IMG/VR virus record: IMGVR_UViG_3300028829_000632
Location: 1 to 57,157 of that record
DNA from: a virus
Taxonomy: Duplodnaviria; Caudoviricetes
Direction: 5' to 3' (one strand)
Length of the DNA stretch: 57,157 nt
A model generated the notes under the pieces. That model did no database searches. It saw only the letters and a list, made by a program, of their open reading frames with translations, and was not told where the DNA came from. Below are positions 25,033 to 33,938 of this stretch, one piece after another (position 1 is the stretch's first letter; the number at the start of each line of letters is the position of its first letter). Both the position numbers and the translations under genes were made by a program.

Positions 25033-27421
25033 AGTTGTAACTTGTTTTAACGAAGACATTCTAAATCAAACAGGAAACATAGTTCTAAATCAATTTAAAG
25101 ATTCTTGGTCACGAGATATTGAGTTTCATTTATATCACTATGATATGGATATTACTAAGCATAGTCTACCTCAAGGGTCGAATATTTTTTACCATGCTCT
25201 GGATAAGCTAGAGGACTATGTTAATTTTTCCAGTGAGTACGCAGAACATAACGGTACTGAGGGAGGACAGATTCCATATCAGGATATCCTAGACCCACAT
25301 AAGTTTATGCCTCGTGTCTTAGCTATGACAGAGTGTGCATTTAATAATGTTGATGCATGGATGGTCTGGTTAGACCCTGACGTAATCTCACAGAAAAAGA
25401 TTACAGTAGCAGAACTAGATAAACTATTTCCTGATGGGAAAGAAAAGATTGATATGGTATGTCTTGATGACTCAGGTCATTTTGCTGCTTACAATCTTTC
25501 TAGACAGACAGCAGTAGACTTGCTTGGAGATTTTAGAGGAGCGTTTATTTCTGGAGAGTTTTTGAACTATCGTGAGTGGCATGACAGCTTTATTTTAAAT
25601 AGGCTTCGTACCATTTACGTAGCTCATGGCATGAGGGTACATGAAATTTCTAGTAAGTCTTCCTATGTTAATGATTTATTTGCTTGTCTCAGAGATAAGA
25701 AGAATGCTTCCCTTAGAGACAAAGAAGGCAACAGGCTTATTCAACTGTCTGATACCGAAACATCTCCAGACATTCTACCCAACAGGTATCGCCAGCTTGC
25801 TGACTTAATCAGGCACTACAAGCCAAGCACTCTGCTAGAGACAGGCACATGGAATGCAGGTCGGGCTGTTGAGATGGCTCTGGCAGCGTTTGAAAATACA
25901 GACAGTGTACATTATGTTGGCTTTGATTTGTTTGAAGATGCTACGTCAGCCACAGATGCTTTAGAATTTAATGCCAAGCCACACAACACAGAGAAGGCTG
26001 TCTCAGCTAGGCTTGACGAGTTTAAGGAACACATGAAAGAGAAAGAGAAGAAAGATTTCTCTTTTGAAATAGTAAAAGGAAATGTAAGAGAGAGCCTAGC
26101 CAAACACTATAAGCTAGATAATCTTAAAAAATATCCACATCAATTAGAGTCTGTAGACTTTGCTTTAATTGGCAGCGGCAACAGTAAAGAAACCGTAGAG
26201 ATTGAGTATGAGTTTTTAAAAGATGTTCCAGTTGTTGTCATGGATCATTACTTTACAAAGGATGACGACGACAATATTCCACAGGAAGAAGCTCAGGGTG
26301 TTAAAAAAGTTTTTGATGGTATTGCCATACAGAAATTAGAAGAAAAACCTGCGGTAGAAGATGGGTGGACTGTCTTTGACGAGAAGAGTGTAGTTAGAAA
26401 ATACATCTTACCTTCTGGAGATAAGGTAGTTGATGGTGGACATACACATCTTGCGGTTGTTCTAAGCGATTTAGACTTGGAAGAAGTTCCAGACACATTG
26501 AAACGTGTGCCTATTATTGTACATCCAAGAGACTCGGTTCCTAGAGAGTACATTACAAATAATATCCAAACCAATATGAAACTTATTGGAGATAAGAAGT
26601 GGGTAACTAAACATCCTGCCAATAAAGAAATGGGTATTATTGTTTCTGCTGGGCCGTACATCGACTACGATGCACTGAAAAAATTTATCAGTGATAACCC
26701 ACATGCTAAATTACTTACAGTTAAACACGCGTATCCACAGCTACTTGCTCAAGGTATCAAGCCTTGGGGTTGTGTTGTCTTAGACCCTCGACCTATTACA
26801 GGTAAGAGTACACACAACATTATTCGTAAAGACTTGTTTGCAACCGTTGATCCTACTACAAGATTCTTTGTTGCCTCTATGACTGATCCTTCTGTTACTG
26901 AGCACTTGATTGAGAACAAGGCTTCTATCTATGGTTGGCATGCCTATACTGATTCCCTTCGTCAAGAAGAAGAGCAGGGTAAAGAAATTGTTAATCAGCA
27001 GGTTAAGGTAGAAGATAACCTTGGCATCCCTCAAGGAGCTACGCTTATTACTGGCGGTACGTGTGCAGCCATGAGAGCTATTGGCGTCTTCCATACAATG
27101 GGTGTTAGAAATATTCATCTATGGGGCTTTGATTGTTGTAGAGAAGAGCCTACGAAAGAAGAAAAAACAGAGACTACGGGTGATGTAGAAGGAGGAGAAG
27201 TTCCTAAGCCTAAGTACATTGAAGTTAATGTAGAAGATAAAACTTATTGGACTACAGGTGAGCTTCTAGCTATGGCACAAGATTGCGAGAAAGTCTTTTC
27301 AGATCAAGGCATGGAAGGTGTGTTAGATTTCCACGGAGAAAATACAATGGTTGCTGATCTTTGGAAAATAAATAACAGTAGGGACAAGCGCCCTCAATTT
27401 AAGGATTACTACAATGACTGA
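25022..27421 (+). CDS. Tri-domain protein: GT-like + SAM methyltransferase-like + Maf/DUF115-like
   Basis: WLDPD and EWHDSF; LLETGTWNAG..YVGFDLFE; IIVSAGP..GIKP...VVLDP..GGT...A....HTMGVRNIHLWGFDC. Confidence 0.7.
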   Translation: MKYKVVTCFNEDILNQTGNIVLNQFKDSWSRDIEFHLYHYDMDITKHSLPQGSNIFYHALDKLEDYVNFSSEYAEHNGTEGGQIPYQDILDPHKFMPRVLAMTECAFNNVDAWMVWLDPDVISQKKITVAELDKLFPDGKEKIDMVCLDDSGHFAAYNLSRQTAVDLLGDFRGAFISGEFLNYREWHDSFILNRLRTIYVAHGMRVHEISSKSSYVNDLFACLRDKKNASLRDKEGNRLIQLSDTETSPDILPNRYRQLADLIRHYKPSTLLETGTWNAGRAVEMALAAFENTDSVHYVGFDLFEDATSATDALEFNAKPHNTEKAVSARLDEFKEHMKEKEKKDFSFEIVKGNVRESLAKHYKLDNLKKYPHQLESVDFALIGSGNSKETVEIEYEFLKDVPVVVMDHYFTKDDDDNIPQEEAQGVKKVFDGIAIQKLEEKPAVEDGWTVFDEKSVVRKYILPSGDKVVDGGHTHLAVVLSDLDLEEVPDTLKRVPIIVHPRDSVPREYITNNIQTNMKLIGDKKWVTKHPANKEMGIIVSAGPYIDYDALKKFISDNPHAKLLTVKHAYPQLLAQGIKPWGCVVLDPRPITGKSTHNIIRKDLFATVDPTTRFFVASMTDPSVTEHLIENKASIYGWHAYTDSLRQEEEQGKEIVNQQVKVEDNLGIPQGATLITGGTCAAMRAIGVFHTMGVRNIHLWGFDCCREEPTKEEKTETTGDVEGGEVPKPKYIEVNVEDKTYWTTGELLAMAQDCEKVFSDQGMEGVLDFHGENTMVADLWKINNSRDKRPQFKDYYND

Positions 27422-28157
27422 TAATAGCTGGGAAAAAACCAAGCTTTCTAAATGGGGACATGTTCCAGACAGAGAGATTGATTATGAGTCGTCCCATACT
27501 CATAAGCACAACGCATCTGAAAAGTACCATGAGCTTCTTTCAGAATATAAGGAGATGCACTCAGCAGCTAAAGGAATGTTTAACGGTAAGAGCCTATTAA
27601 AATTTGTAGATATTATTGGAAGCTATCTAGAAAAGAACGACTGCATTAGTTTGCTAGACTATGGTGCTGGTAAGGGTGTTCTTTACGGCGATGACTTTAA
27701 AGAACTATCTGATGAAATAGATAAGCCCCTTGGAGAACTTTGGAATTTAGATTCTTTCAGACTGTACGACCCAGCATATGAGCAGCATAATGCGCTGCCT
27801 GATCCTTGGGAGAAGGGTAACTTTGATGCAGTAATTTGTACTGATGTGTTGGAACATATTCCAGAGACAGACTTGAAGTGGGTAGTGGATGAAATTCTAT
27901 CCTATGCAGGTAAGATGGTGTTCTTTAATATTGCGTGTGTCCCTGCGCTAAAGAAGTTTGCTGACGGAACTAACGTACATATCTCTGTCTTTGAACCTCA
28001 GTCATGGTTAAACTTCTTTGCTGACATGTCTTTTAAATATCCTGAATTAAAAATATATTTGTTCTTCGATACTGTAGATAAAGAAACTGACAAATTAATT
28101 ATGGATGGTTATAAGCTAGAGATGTATCCACAAGTTACAAAACTTAAACACAAGTAG
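27414..28157 (+). CDS. Class I SAM-dependent methyltransferase
   Basis: LLDYGAGKG, YDPA, FDAVICTDVLEHIPE. Confidence 0.85.
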   Translation: MTDNSWEKTKLSKWGHVPDREIDYESSHTHKHNASEKYHELLSEYKEMHSAAKGMFNGKSLLKFVDIIGSYLEKNDCISLLDYGAGKGVLYGDDFKELSDEIDKPLGELWNLDSFRLYDPAYEQHNALPDPWEKGNFDAVICTDVLEHIPETDLKWVVDEILSYAGKMVFFNIACVPALKKFADGTNVHISVFEPQSWLNFFADMSFKYPELKIYLFFDTVDKETDKLIMDGYKLEMYPQVTKLKHK

Positions 28158-28166
28158 GAGATCATA

Positions 28167-28565
28167 ATGATTGTAGATTCAATTATAGGAGTGGCGGGTA
28201 AAGTCCTTGATAAGTTTGTTGAAGACAAAGACCTGCGGGTTAAGCTAGAGTCTGAATTAAAGTCTCAGCTTATCACACTAGACATGGCTCAGGCACAGGC
28301 TAACATCGAACAGGCCAAGCATCCATCTGTCTTTGTAAGCGGAGCTAGACCAGCTATCATGTGGGTCTGTTGCTTTGCACTATCATGGCAGTTTATTGTT
28401 GCCCCTATTGTAAGTTGGGGACTAGCTATCTGGTATCCTATTATTATTCTTCCTACATTAGACACACAAGCTCTGATGACTTTGCTTCTTTCCCTTCTCG
28501 GTCTTGGTGGGATGCGTACAGCAGAGAAGTGGAAAGGTGTTGCTCGTAACAACATGAAAAATTAA
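28167..28565 (+). CDS. Holin (3TM/GTA-type holin-like)
   Basis: LDKFVEDKD, FVSGARPAIMWVC, LLGLGGMRTAEKWKGV; TM segments. Confidence 0.8.
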   Translation: MIVDSIIGVAGKVLDKFVEDKDLRVKLESELKSQLITLDMAQAQANIEQAKHPSVFVSGARPAIMWVCCFALSWQFIVAPIVSWGLAIWYPIIILPTLDTQALMTLLLSLLGLGGMRTAEKWKGVARNNMKN

Positions 28566-28567
28566 TC

Positions 28568-29056
28568 ATGGCCTTAAACGAAAAGCAAGAGAAGTTTGCA
28601 CAGGCTTATGTGCTGCACCGCAATGCAACTGAGGCAGCTAAGGCCGCAGGGTATTCGGATAAGTCAGCCTATAACCAAGGCTATCGACTGCTACAGCTAG
28701 ACGAGGTTGTAGAACGAGTTCATACATTAGAGAATGAACTAGAAACTAATGTTAATGTTATTGAAGAAATTGAAAAGCAGTACTCATATGCTGCCACTAA
28801 TGGACACACTAATAGCGCCATCAAAGCACTTGAATTACTAGGTAGAGTACGTGGAGCTAACTCAGATACAGGCGTACCGAAAGACCGAGAAGCACTAGAA
28901 GCTGCGATTATAAAATGCCTTAACGTATTAGGGCAAGAAAAACTAATTGACCTGCTATCTAGGACAGATTATGCAGATTTGTTCTTTGAAGCAGAAGATT
29001 TAAAAGAAAACGCTGCCGAGGATGCGTCAGGAGAGCCGTTGGAGAGCGTTGGGTAG
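28568..29056 (+). CDS. terS: Terminase small subunit
   Basis: LNEKQEKFAQAY....NATEAAKAAGYS..SA..QG.RLL, AIKALELLG. Confidence 0.85.
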   Translation: MALNEKQEKFAQAYVLHRNATEAAKAAGYSDKSAYNQGYRLLQLDEVVERVHTLENELETNVNVIEEIEKQYSYAATNGHTNSAIKALELLGRVRGANSDTGVPKDREALEAAIIKCLNVLGQEKLIDLLSRTDYADLFFEAEDLKENAAEDASGEPLESVG

Positions 29057-29130
29057 GTAACCTAGCCTAAACAAGCTACATGCTCTGTACGGCGCTCTCT
29101 ACCCCCTTAGCGTTGATATCGCTATTTCCT

Positions 29131-29511
29131 TTACTTATAACTCCACACCCAAGGCCGAGGGTGGTCTTCACCGCTCATATCGTCTAGATGAATGAACCTT
29201 CTTTCGATTGGCCCTCTCTGAGCTACACCGATACCTGTCATACCCATCTCCATTGCAATACGAATCAGACGGTAAGCATCTTTACCTGACACAGCTACGT
29301 CAACTGCTCGACCATAAATATGTGGTGACTTAGGCGCACCGTTAATAGCAGAGTTATGGGCTATATGTCGGTAACCTGAATTGATAATCATAGGGGTATT
29401 AAACTTTTTACGGACTGCTATTAACTTCTCCATGAAGCTATCGTCCATTTCACATTCACCTGTGCCGTGACAGGACATTTCTTTTCTTGTGAAAAACAAA
29501 TTCTCTAACAT
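29131..29511 (-). CDS. Peptidase M15 endolysin
   Basis: INSGYR..HN..ING...SPH..GRAVD, FIHLD. Confidence 0.9.
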   Translation of the reverse strand: MLENLFFTRKEMSCHGTGECEMDDSFMEKLIAVRKKFNTPMIINSGYRHIAHNSAINGAPKSPHIYGRAVDVAVSGKDAYRLIRIAMEMGMTGIGVAQRGPIERRFIHLDDMSGEDHPRPWVWSYK

Positions 29512-29756
29512 TATTTTACCTTTACTAAAAATGAATCTAACTTAGCGTCTAGTCTATCAAACCTATCCATAATTTTACCAAGGTCTTTCTCTACGTCTGC
29601 CTTAGTCGCATAGGTCTTGGCAACCTCTTCTCGTGTGTCGGCAATACGCCTCTTAGTTTCTTGTACCTGTTGGCTAATGCCGCGCACCCACCATACAAAG
29701 GAACCACCGGCTATACTTAGTATTGCATTCCAAATCATAGTGGGATCGCTAGGCAT
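29511..29756 (-). CDS. Small TM + coiled-coil protein (lysis accessory?)
   Basis: TM then TREEVAKTY..K...RFDRLDAKLD; coupled to endolysin. Confidence 0.6.
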   Translation of the reverse strand: MPSDPTMIWNAILSIAGGSFVWWVRGISQQVQETKRRIADTREEVAKTYATKADVEKDLGKIMDRFDRLDAKLDSFLVKVK

Positions 29757-29768
29757 TATATTTACTCC

Positions 29769-32700
29769 TTAATTTTTTTCTGCTTGAGGTCTTAAAGATA
29801 TACCAGCATACTCTTGATATATGTTATACAAATCATTAACTAATTCTATAGGTAAACTTTTGCTTCTTATATATTGATTTATAACCTCATCGGCTGGATT
29901 ATCAGGCATAAAGGCACCTTCCTTAGATGAGCTATTGCCAACAATATCAAGCGGATTGCCAGCATATCCAGCATAAATAATATCATCCTTAACATCATAC
30001 CAGCCATCATCACTTATAATTCTATAAAGTTTAGTACCATCAATAGTTTTATCTTGTCCTTTTGCATCAGTGTATTTTATTTGTTTAATGCGATCTATTT
30101 TACCAGCAAGGTCTTGCATACCTTTATACTTTAAGTCTTGATAATATCTATACTTATCTAAGATATCTTGACGGCGTTCTGAAGTATAAACTTCGCTAGG
30201 CAAGTCCCTTAAATAACTTACAAATTCATTACCAGTTTGCTGAATTGCTTTTACATCTTGAGATAAAGTATAACCAATAGACTTATCAACATTCATAGTC
30301 TGAGGTTTAATGCCTGTCCCCATATGCCACTCAATATCTTTACGTTCAAGTGGAAATCCTTTAGAGGTTCTGGCAGCTAATTTTACTTCTTCAGCTTTCT
30401 CTTCAGCTTTAAGAGACGCCCAGTATTGTCTAATAATCTGTGTAGTTCCGGGTTCAAAAGACTCAGCTAATTCTAACAAAGCTCGTTGTGTATTTTCTAA
30501 GGACAGCCCTTGCTCACCAACTGCACCAGAATAAATACCTCCTTGATCTTTAGTATCCCCATCTATAATATTTAACAAAGCTTGTGTTAAAAACTTTGGA
30601 TTGGTATAAGGACCAACAGCAGCACCAGCAAGACCAGATAAAGACTCTTCTACTTCTGTATCAGTTAGTTCTTTACCGCCCAGAAGGCTTCCCATTATAA
30701 CTCTGATGGGTTGCTTTGCAAAATCATAAGCATCATACTGGGAAGAGTTTCTAAAGTTAGTAATAATTTCACCGTCTTCGTTTTCTACAAGAGCAGTGTT
30801 GTGCTGACGCACAGTATTTTTATACCAAGGAGCCATTACTTGCTCAAGACCAAAGGCAGTTTCTTTATCAATACCTAAGTTCTCATTAGAGTTATTAATC
30901 ATAGCTTCTGTACCAGCAGTTACTGCTCCAAAAGCAGCTAGGCGGTTTAACCCTGCTCTAATCTGTGCAGCATTCTTATTTTTAATACCATCCCTGACAT
31001 CAGTAACACCCAGCTTAATAACATTCTTTGTTGTTCGTACAATCTCAGAGGGGAACAAAGCATATGTACCAATAGGCAAACGAGATAGCTGACGAGCAAG
31101 AGGAGCCGCTGCATTGTATGTAGGTATGGTTGCCCTAACCCTATCAATAGCTAACTTTTCTAATGCCGCAGTATTTAAATCAGGAAACATTTTCTTTACA
31201 GAATTAAGTTCACTTTCAAAAGACAATAACTTAGCATAGGTATCAGGTAGACCATAAGCCTTACCAGCTTTTTCAATACCTTTTCTATAGCCAGTAGTTA
31301 TAATATTCTTAGGATTAGTAAGCGATTGATTAACATTTCTTACAATCATTTCTGCTGAAAGATCAGAGTCAATAAGCCCTGATCTTTTGAGCATTTCTAA
31401 TTTTGTAATAGCAGCAGGATTATTTAATTTTATTTGTTCTATAGTAGTCTTAACCGCTTCTCTAGCTGCCTTATAAACAAAAGGATTTAAGATGTGTCCG
31501 TTAGCAGCGGTCATAGTTATAGCGCCTATGGTATTTAAAGCATAGGCTGGGATGTCAAAAATAGTTTGTGATGCCTGACCAAGCGCAGCAAGGTTTTGCA
31601 CAGGAGCCATGAACTTATTAGCTTGCTTACTAGAATCAAACAAGTTTACACCGTTACGAATGTATTCAGCCATGTTGTCGCTCATATACATACCCTGTAA
31701 GACACGAGCATTGTTTGCTCTATTACCAAGATTTTCTCTTACAAAATTATCTATGTTACTTTCAGGTCTTATGTACTCAGTTTTTTTCTTATTCTGTCCT
31801 TTGCGAGGACCACTTTTATATTTTACTTGATTACCGTCAGCGTCTAAAACATCTACTTTTTTTGCTATAAGTTTTTTTCTTTCTATCTTTTCAATACGTG
31901 TAGGAAGCTTTGGAAATAAACCACCCATAACAACGAGGCCATCACCTTCCATAACTTTTCTAGCATATTTATCTACATCAGCTAAGTACTGAGCCTGACC
32001 AATAAGTCTTTGTTGAGTATCAAAAGTTTTTTCTATTTTCTTCAGAGGATCGTCTACCTCACCTAAGAGTTCTTTTACTTCTTTGTCAAGAACTTTCTTT
32101 TTAAGTAGAGATTTAACTGCTGGCCTATTGGGAACACTTTCAGATAATCGTACAGCAGCATCAGTAAATAAATCACCATCTCTCTTGGCAAGACTTTTAA
32201 CCATAGCTACAATAGTTTCGTTCTGATCTCCAGCTTCAGTAATGCCCTGCTTGTCTAATAGCTTTCTCATGTTTGTAACTCTACTGGCTATTACGTCGCT
32301 TGTACCCTTAGACCATGTAGCTCTGTTACCAGCAACAGCCTTTTTTATCTGGTTTAAATATGCAGGATTATTTTCTGCCTCATAGAATGTAGTAAAATAA
32401 ACTTCTCCATCCTTGTGACCAAAACCTAACTTGTTCTTTCCTTTAAGCCCTGCTGCTGTATTAAATAATTCTTCATTTGCAGGAATATATTCTCTAATTT
32501 CATCTACAGCTTTTCGGAAGCCTTCTGAAAATTCATCTCCACCCTCACCAGTGCTCAGATAATTATTAACTTTATCTTTCTGAGCTTGACCTAATGTCTT
32601 GTATTCCTTTTTAAAAGCTTTTACTAATCTCTTACCTTGGAATTGTAGGGCGTTAACATTTTCTCTAGATACTCCAGCATCTGCAAGAGGTTTAGCTAAT

Positions 32701-33923
32701 GCGCCGTCACTTCTCAGCAGCCTACCAAGGAATGTGTTTGCATTGCCAATAGTTTCAATTACTTTTCCACGGCTATCTACATTAGGACCAGTAGTATCAA
32801 GGTCTTTGAAAGCAGCTTCTTCAGCGTCTTCTAATCTTTTCTGAACTTCAGGAGTTCGGAAATATCCTTTCTTACGAAAAGCTGCTTCAGTATCTGCTTG
32901 CCCTACAATGTCATCTTCAAACTTAGCTAGTTCAGATTGTTTACCTCTGAGCTTGCTAATACCCTTACCAATACCAGACAAACCGACACCAGCAACAGCG
33001 CCTAGCCCTGTCATAGCTGCAAATTGTTCGTAGTTAAAGTCTTTGCTATCATCAATATTCATGCCAAACTGTTGTTCAGAAGCATCAAATGCTCCCGTAT
33101 AACCAGCACCTGTAGCAGCAGCTTTGCCAACTTTTTTAACAGCGGCTTTAGTGGCAGCAGATTTAGCATGTGTTTTTAAAATTTCTGCTGGGATAGCACG
33201 AGACACGCCTTCGGTAACAGCACGATTAACTGCACCTTTTTGATACCCTGCCTGTGTAAGACTTTTAATTAATTCCTTTTTAAATAAATTAATTGCAACC
33301 TTAGATGCCCCTCTTTGACCAGCCATTTTGGCTACGCCACCCACACCAAAACCAAATACTAAACTACCCCATGTAGTAGGATCAAGTGCTATTTGTTTAG
33401 CGGCACGCGCTCTTGAACCCCAATCACTGTCAGTCTTTTCATACATATCAAGTGAGTCAATCCATGCTTGTTTGGCATCATCCTTCATATCAAATGTAGT
33501 TAAAGCAGTTTCAGCTATACCTTTACCAGCTACATTAGCAAGACTCCAACCAATCTCAGAATGTCTTTCCTTTAGCCACTGAGCAAGTTTAGCTGGGTCA
33601 CGCTGCATTTCAATAGGTATTGGACCCTTTTCACTTTGATAAATCTTTCTGGCAGAATCAAGCCATGCTTTATTAGTATCAAGACTATCCATAGTAAATG
33701 TTGCATCAGTAGGTTGTGGGCCTTCTGCTGCTGCCTGTTCCATAGGACTAGGAATAGGTTCTGCTAAATTATCAAAAAGATTTGTTGTAGGTTTAGATTC
33801 TAAATTATCAAAAAGATTTGTTGTAGGTTTAGATTCTAAACTACTAATAGGTTTAGTTTCTAAACTGTCAAAAAGATTTGTTGTAGGTTTAGATTCTAAA
33901 CTATCAAAAAGATTTTCAGCCAC
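29769..33923 (-). CDS. Large internal virion / DNA ejection protein
   Basis: 1384 aa, last of tail/ejection module; N-terminal NLFD.LE.KP repeats. Confidence 0.7.
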   Translation of the reverse strand: MAENLFDSLESKPTTNLFDSLETKPISSLESKPTTNLFDNLESKPTTNLFDNLAEPIPSPMEQAAAEGPQPTDATFTMDSLDTNKAWLDSARKIYQSEKGPIPIEMQRDPAKLAQWLKERHSEIGWSLANVAGKGIAETALTTFDMKDDAKQAWIDSLDMYEKTDSDWGSRARAAKQIALDPTTWGSLVFGFGVGGVAKMAGQRGASKVAINLFKKELIKSLTQAGYQKGAVNRAVTEGVSRAIPAEILKTHAKSAATKAAVKKVGKAAATGAGYTGAFDASEQQFGMNIDDSKDFNYEQFAAMTGLGAVAGVGLSGIGKGISKLRGKQSELAKFEDDIVGQADTEAAFRKKGYFRTPEVQKRLEDAEEAAFKDLDTTGPNVDSRGKVIETIGNANTFLGRLLRSDGALAKPLADAGVSRENVNALQFQGKRLVKAFKKEYKTLGQAQKDKVNNYLSTGEGGDEFSEGFRKAVDEIREYIPANEELFNTAAGLKGKNKLGFGHKDGEVYFTTFYEAENNPAYLNQIKKAVAGNRATWSKGTSDVIASRVTNMRKLLDKQGITEAGDQNETIVAMVKSLAKRDGDLFTDAAVRLSESVPNRPAVKSLLKKKVLDKEVKELLGEVDDPLKKIEKTFDTQQRLIGQAQYLADVDKYARKVMEGDGLVVMGGLFPKLPTRIEKIERKKLIAKKVDVLDADGNQVKYKSGPRKGQNKKKTEYIRPESNIDNFVRENLGNRANNARVLQGMYMSDNMAEYIRNGVNLFDSSKQANKFMAPVQNLAALGQASQTIFDIPAYALNTIGAITMTAANGHILNPFVYKAAREAVKTTIEQIKLNNPAAITKLEMLKRSGLIDSDLSAEMIVRNVNQSLTNPKNIITTGYRKGIEKAGKAYGLPDTYAKLLSFESELNSVKKMFPDLNTAALEKLAIDRVRATIPTYNAAAPLARQLSRLPIGTYALFPSEIVRTTKNVIKLGVTDVRDGIKNKNAAQIRAGLNRLAAFGAVTAGTEAMINNSNENLGIDKETAFGLEQVMAPWYKNTVRQHNTALVENEDGEIITNFRNSSQYDAYDFAKQPIRVIMGSLLGGKELTDTEVEESLSGLAGAAVGPYTNPKFLTQALLNIIDGDTKDQGGIYSGAVGEQGLSLENTQRALLELAESFEPGTTQIIRQYWASLKAEEKAEEVKLAARTSKGFPLERKDIEWHMGTGIKPQTMNVDKSIGYTLSQDVKAIQQTGNEFVSYLRDLPSEVYTSERRQDILDKYRYYQDLKYKGMQDLAGKIDRIKQIKYTDAKGQDKTIDGTKLYRIISDDGWYDVKDDIIYAGYAGNPLDIVGNSSSKEGAFMPDNPADEVINQYIRSKSLPIELVNDLYNIYQEYAGISLRPQAEKN
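33763..33914. repeat. 36-bp-based intragenic tandem repeats (NLFDxLExKPxx)
   Basis: Four TCAAAAAGATTT cores plus one truncated unit. Confidence 0.85.
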
Positions 33924-33938
33924 TAAATAATTCCTTTA

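Noticed and set aside
29769-33923. Virion RNA polymerase that would read the hairpins
   Set aside because: No single-subunit or DxDGD-type RNAP motifs are visible; it cannot be excluded without structure prediction
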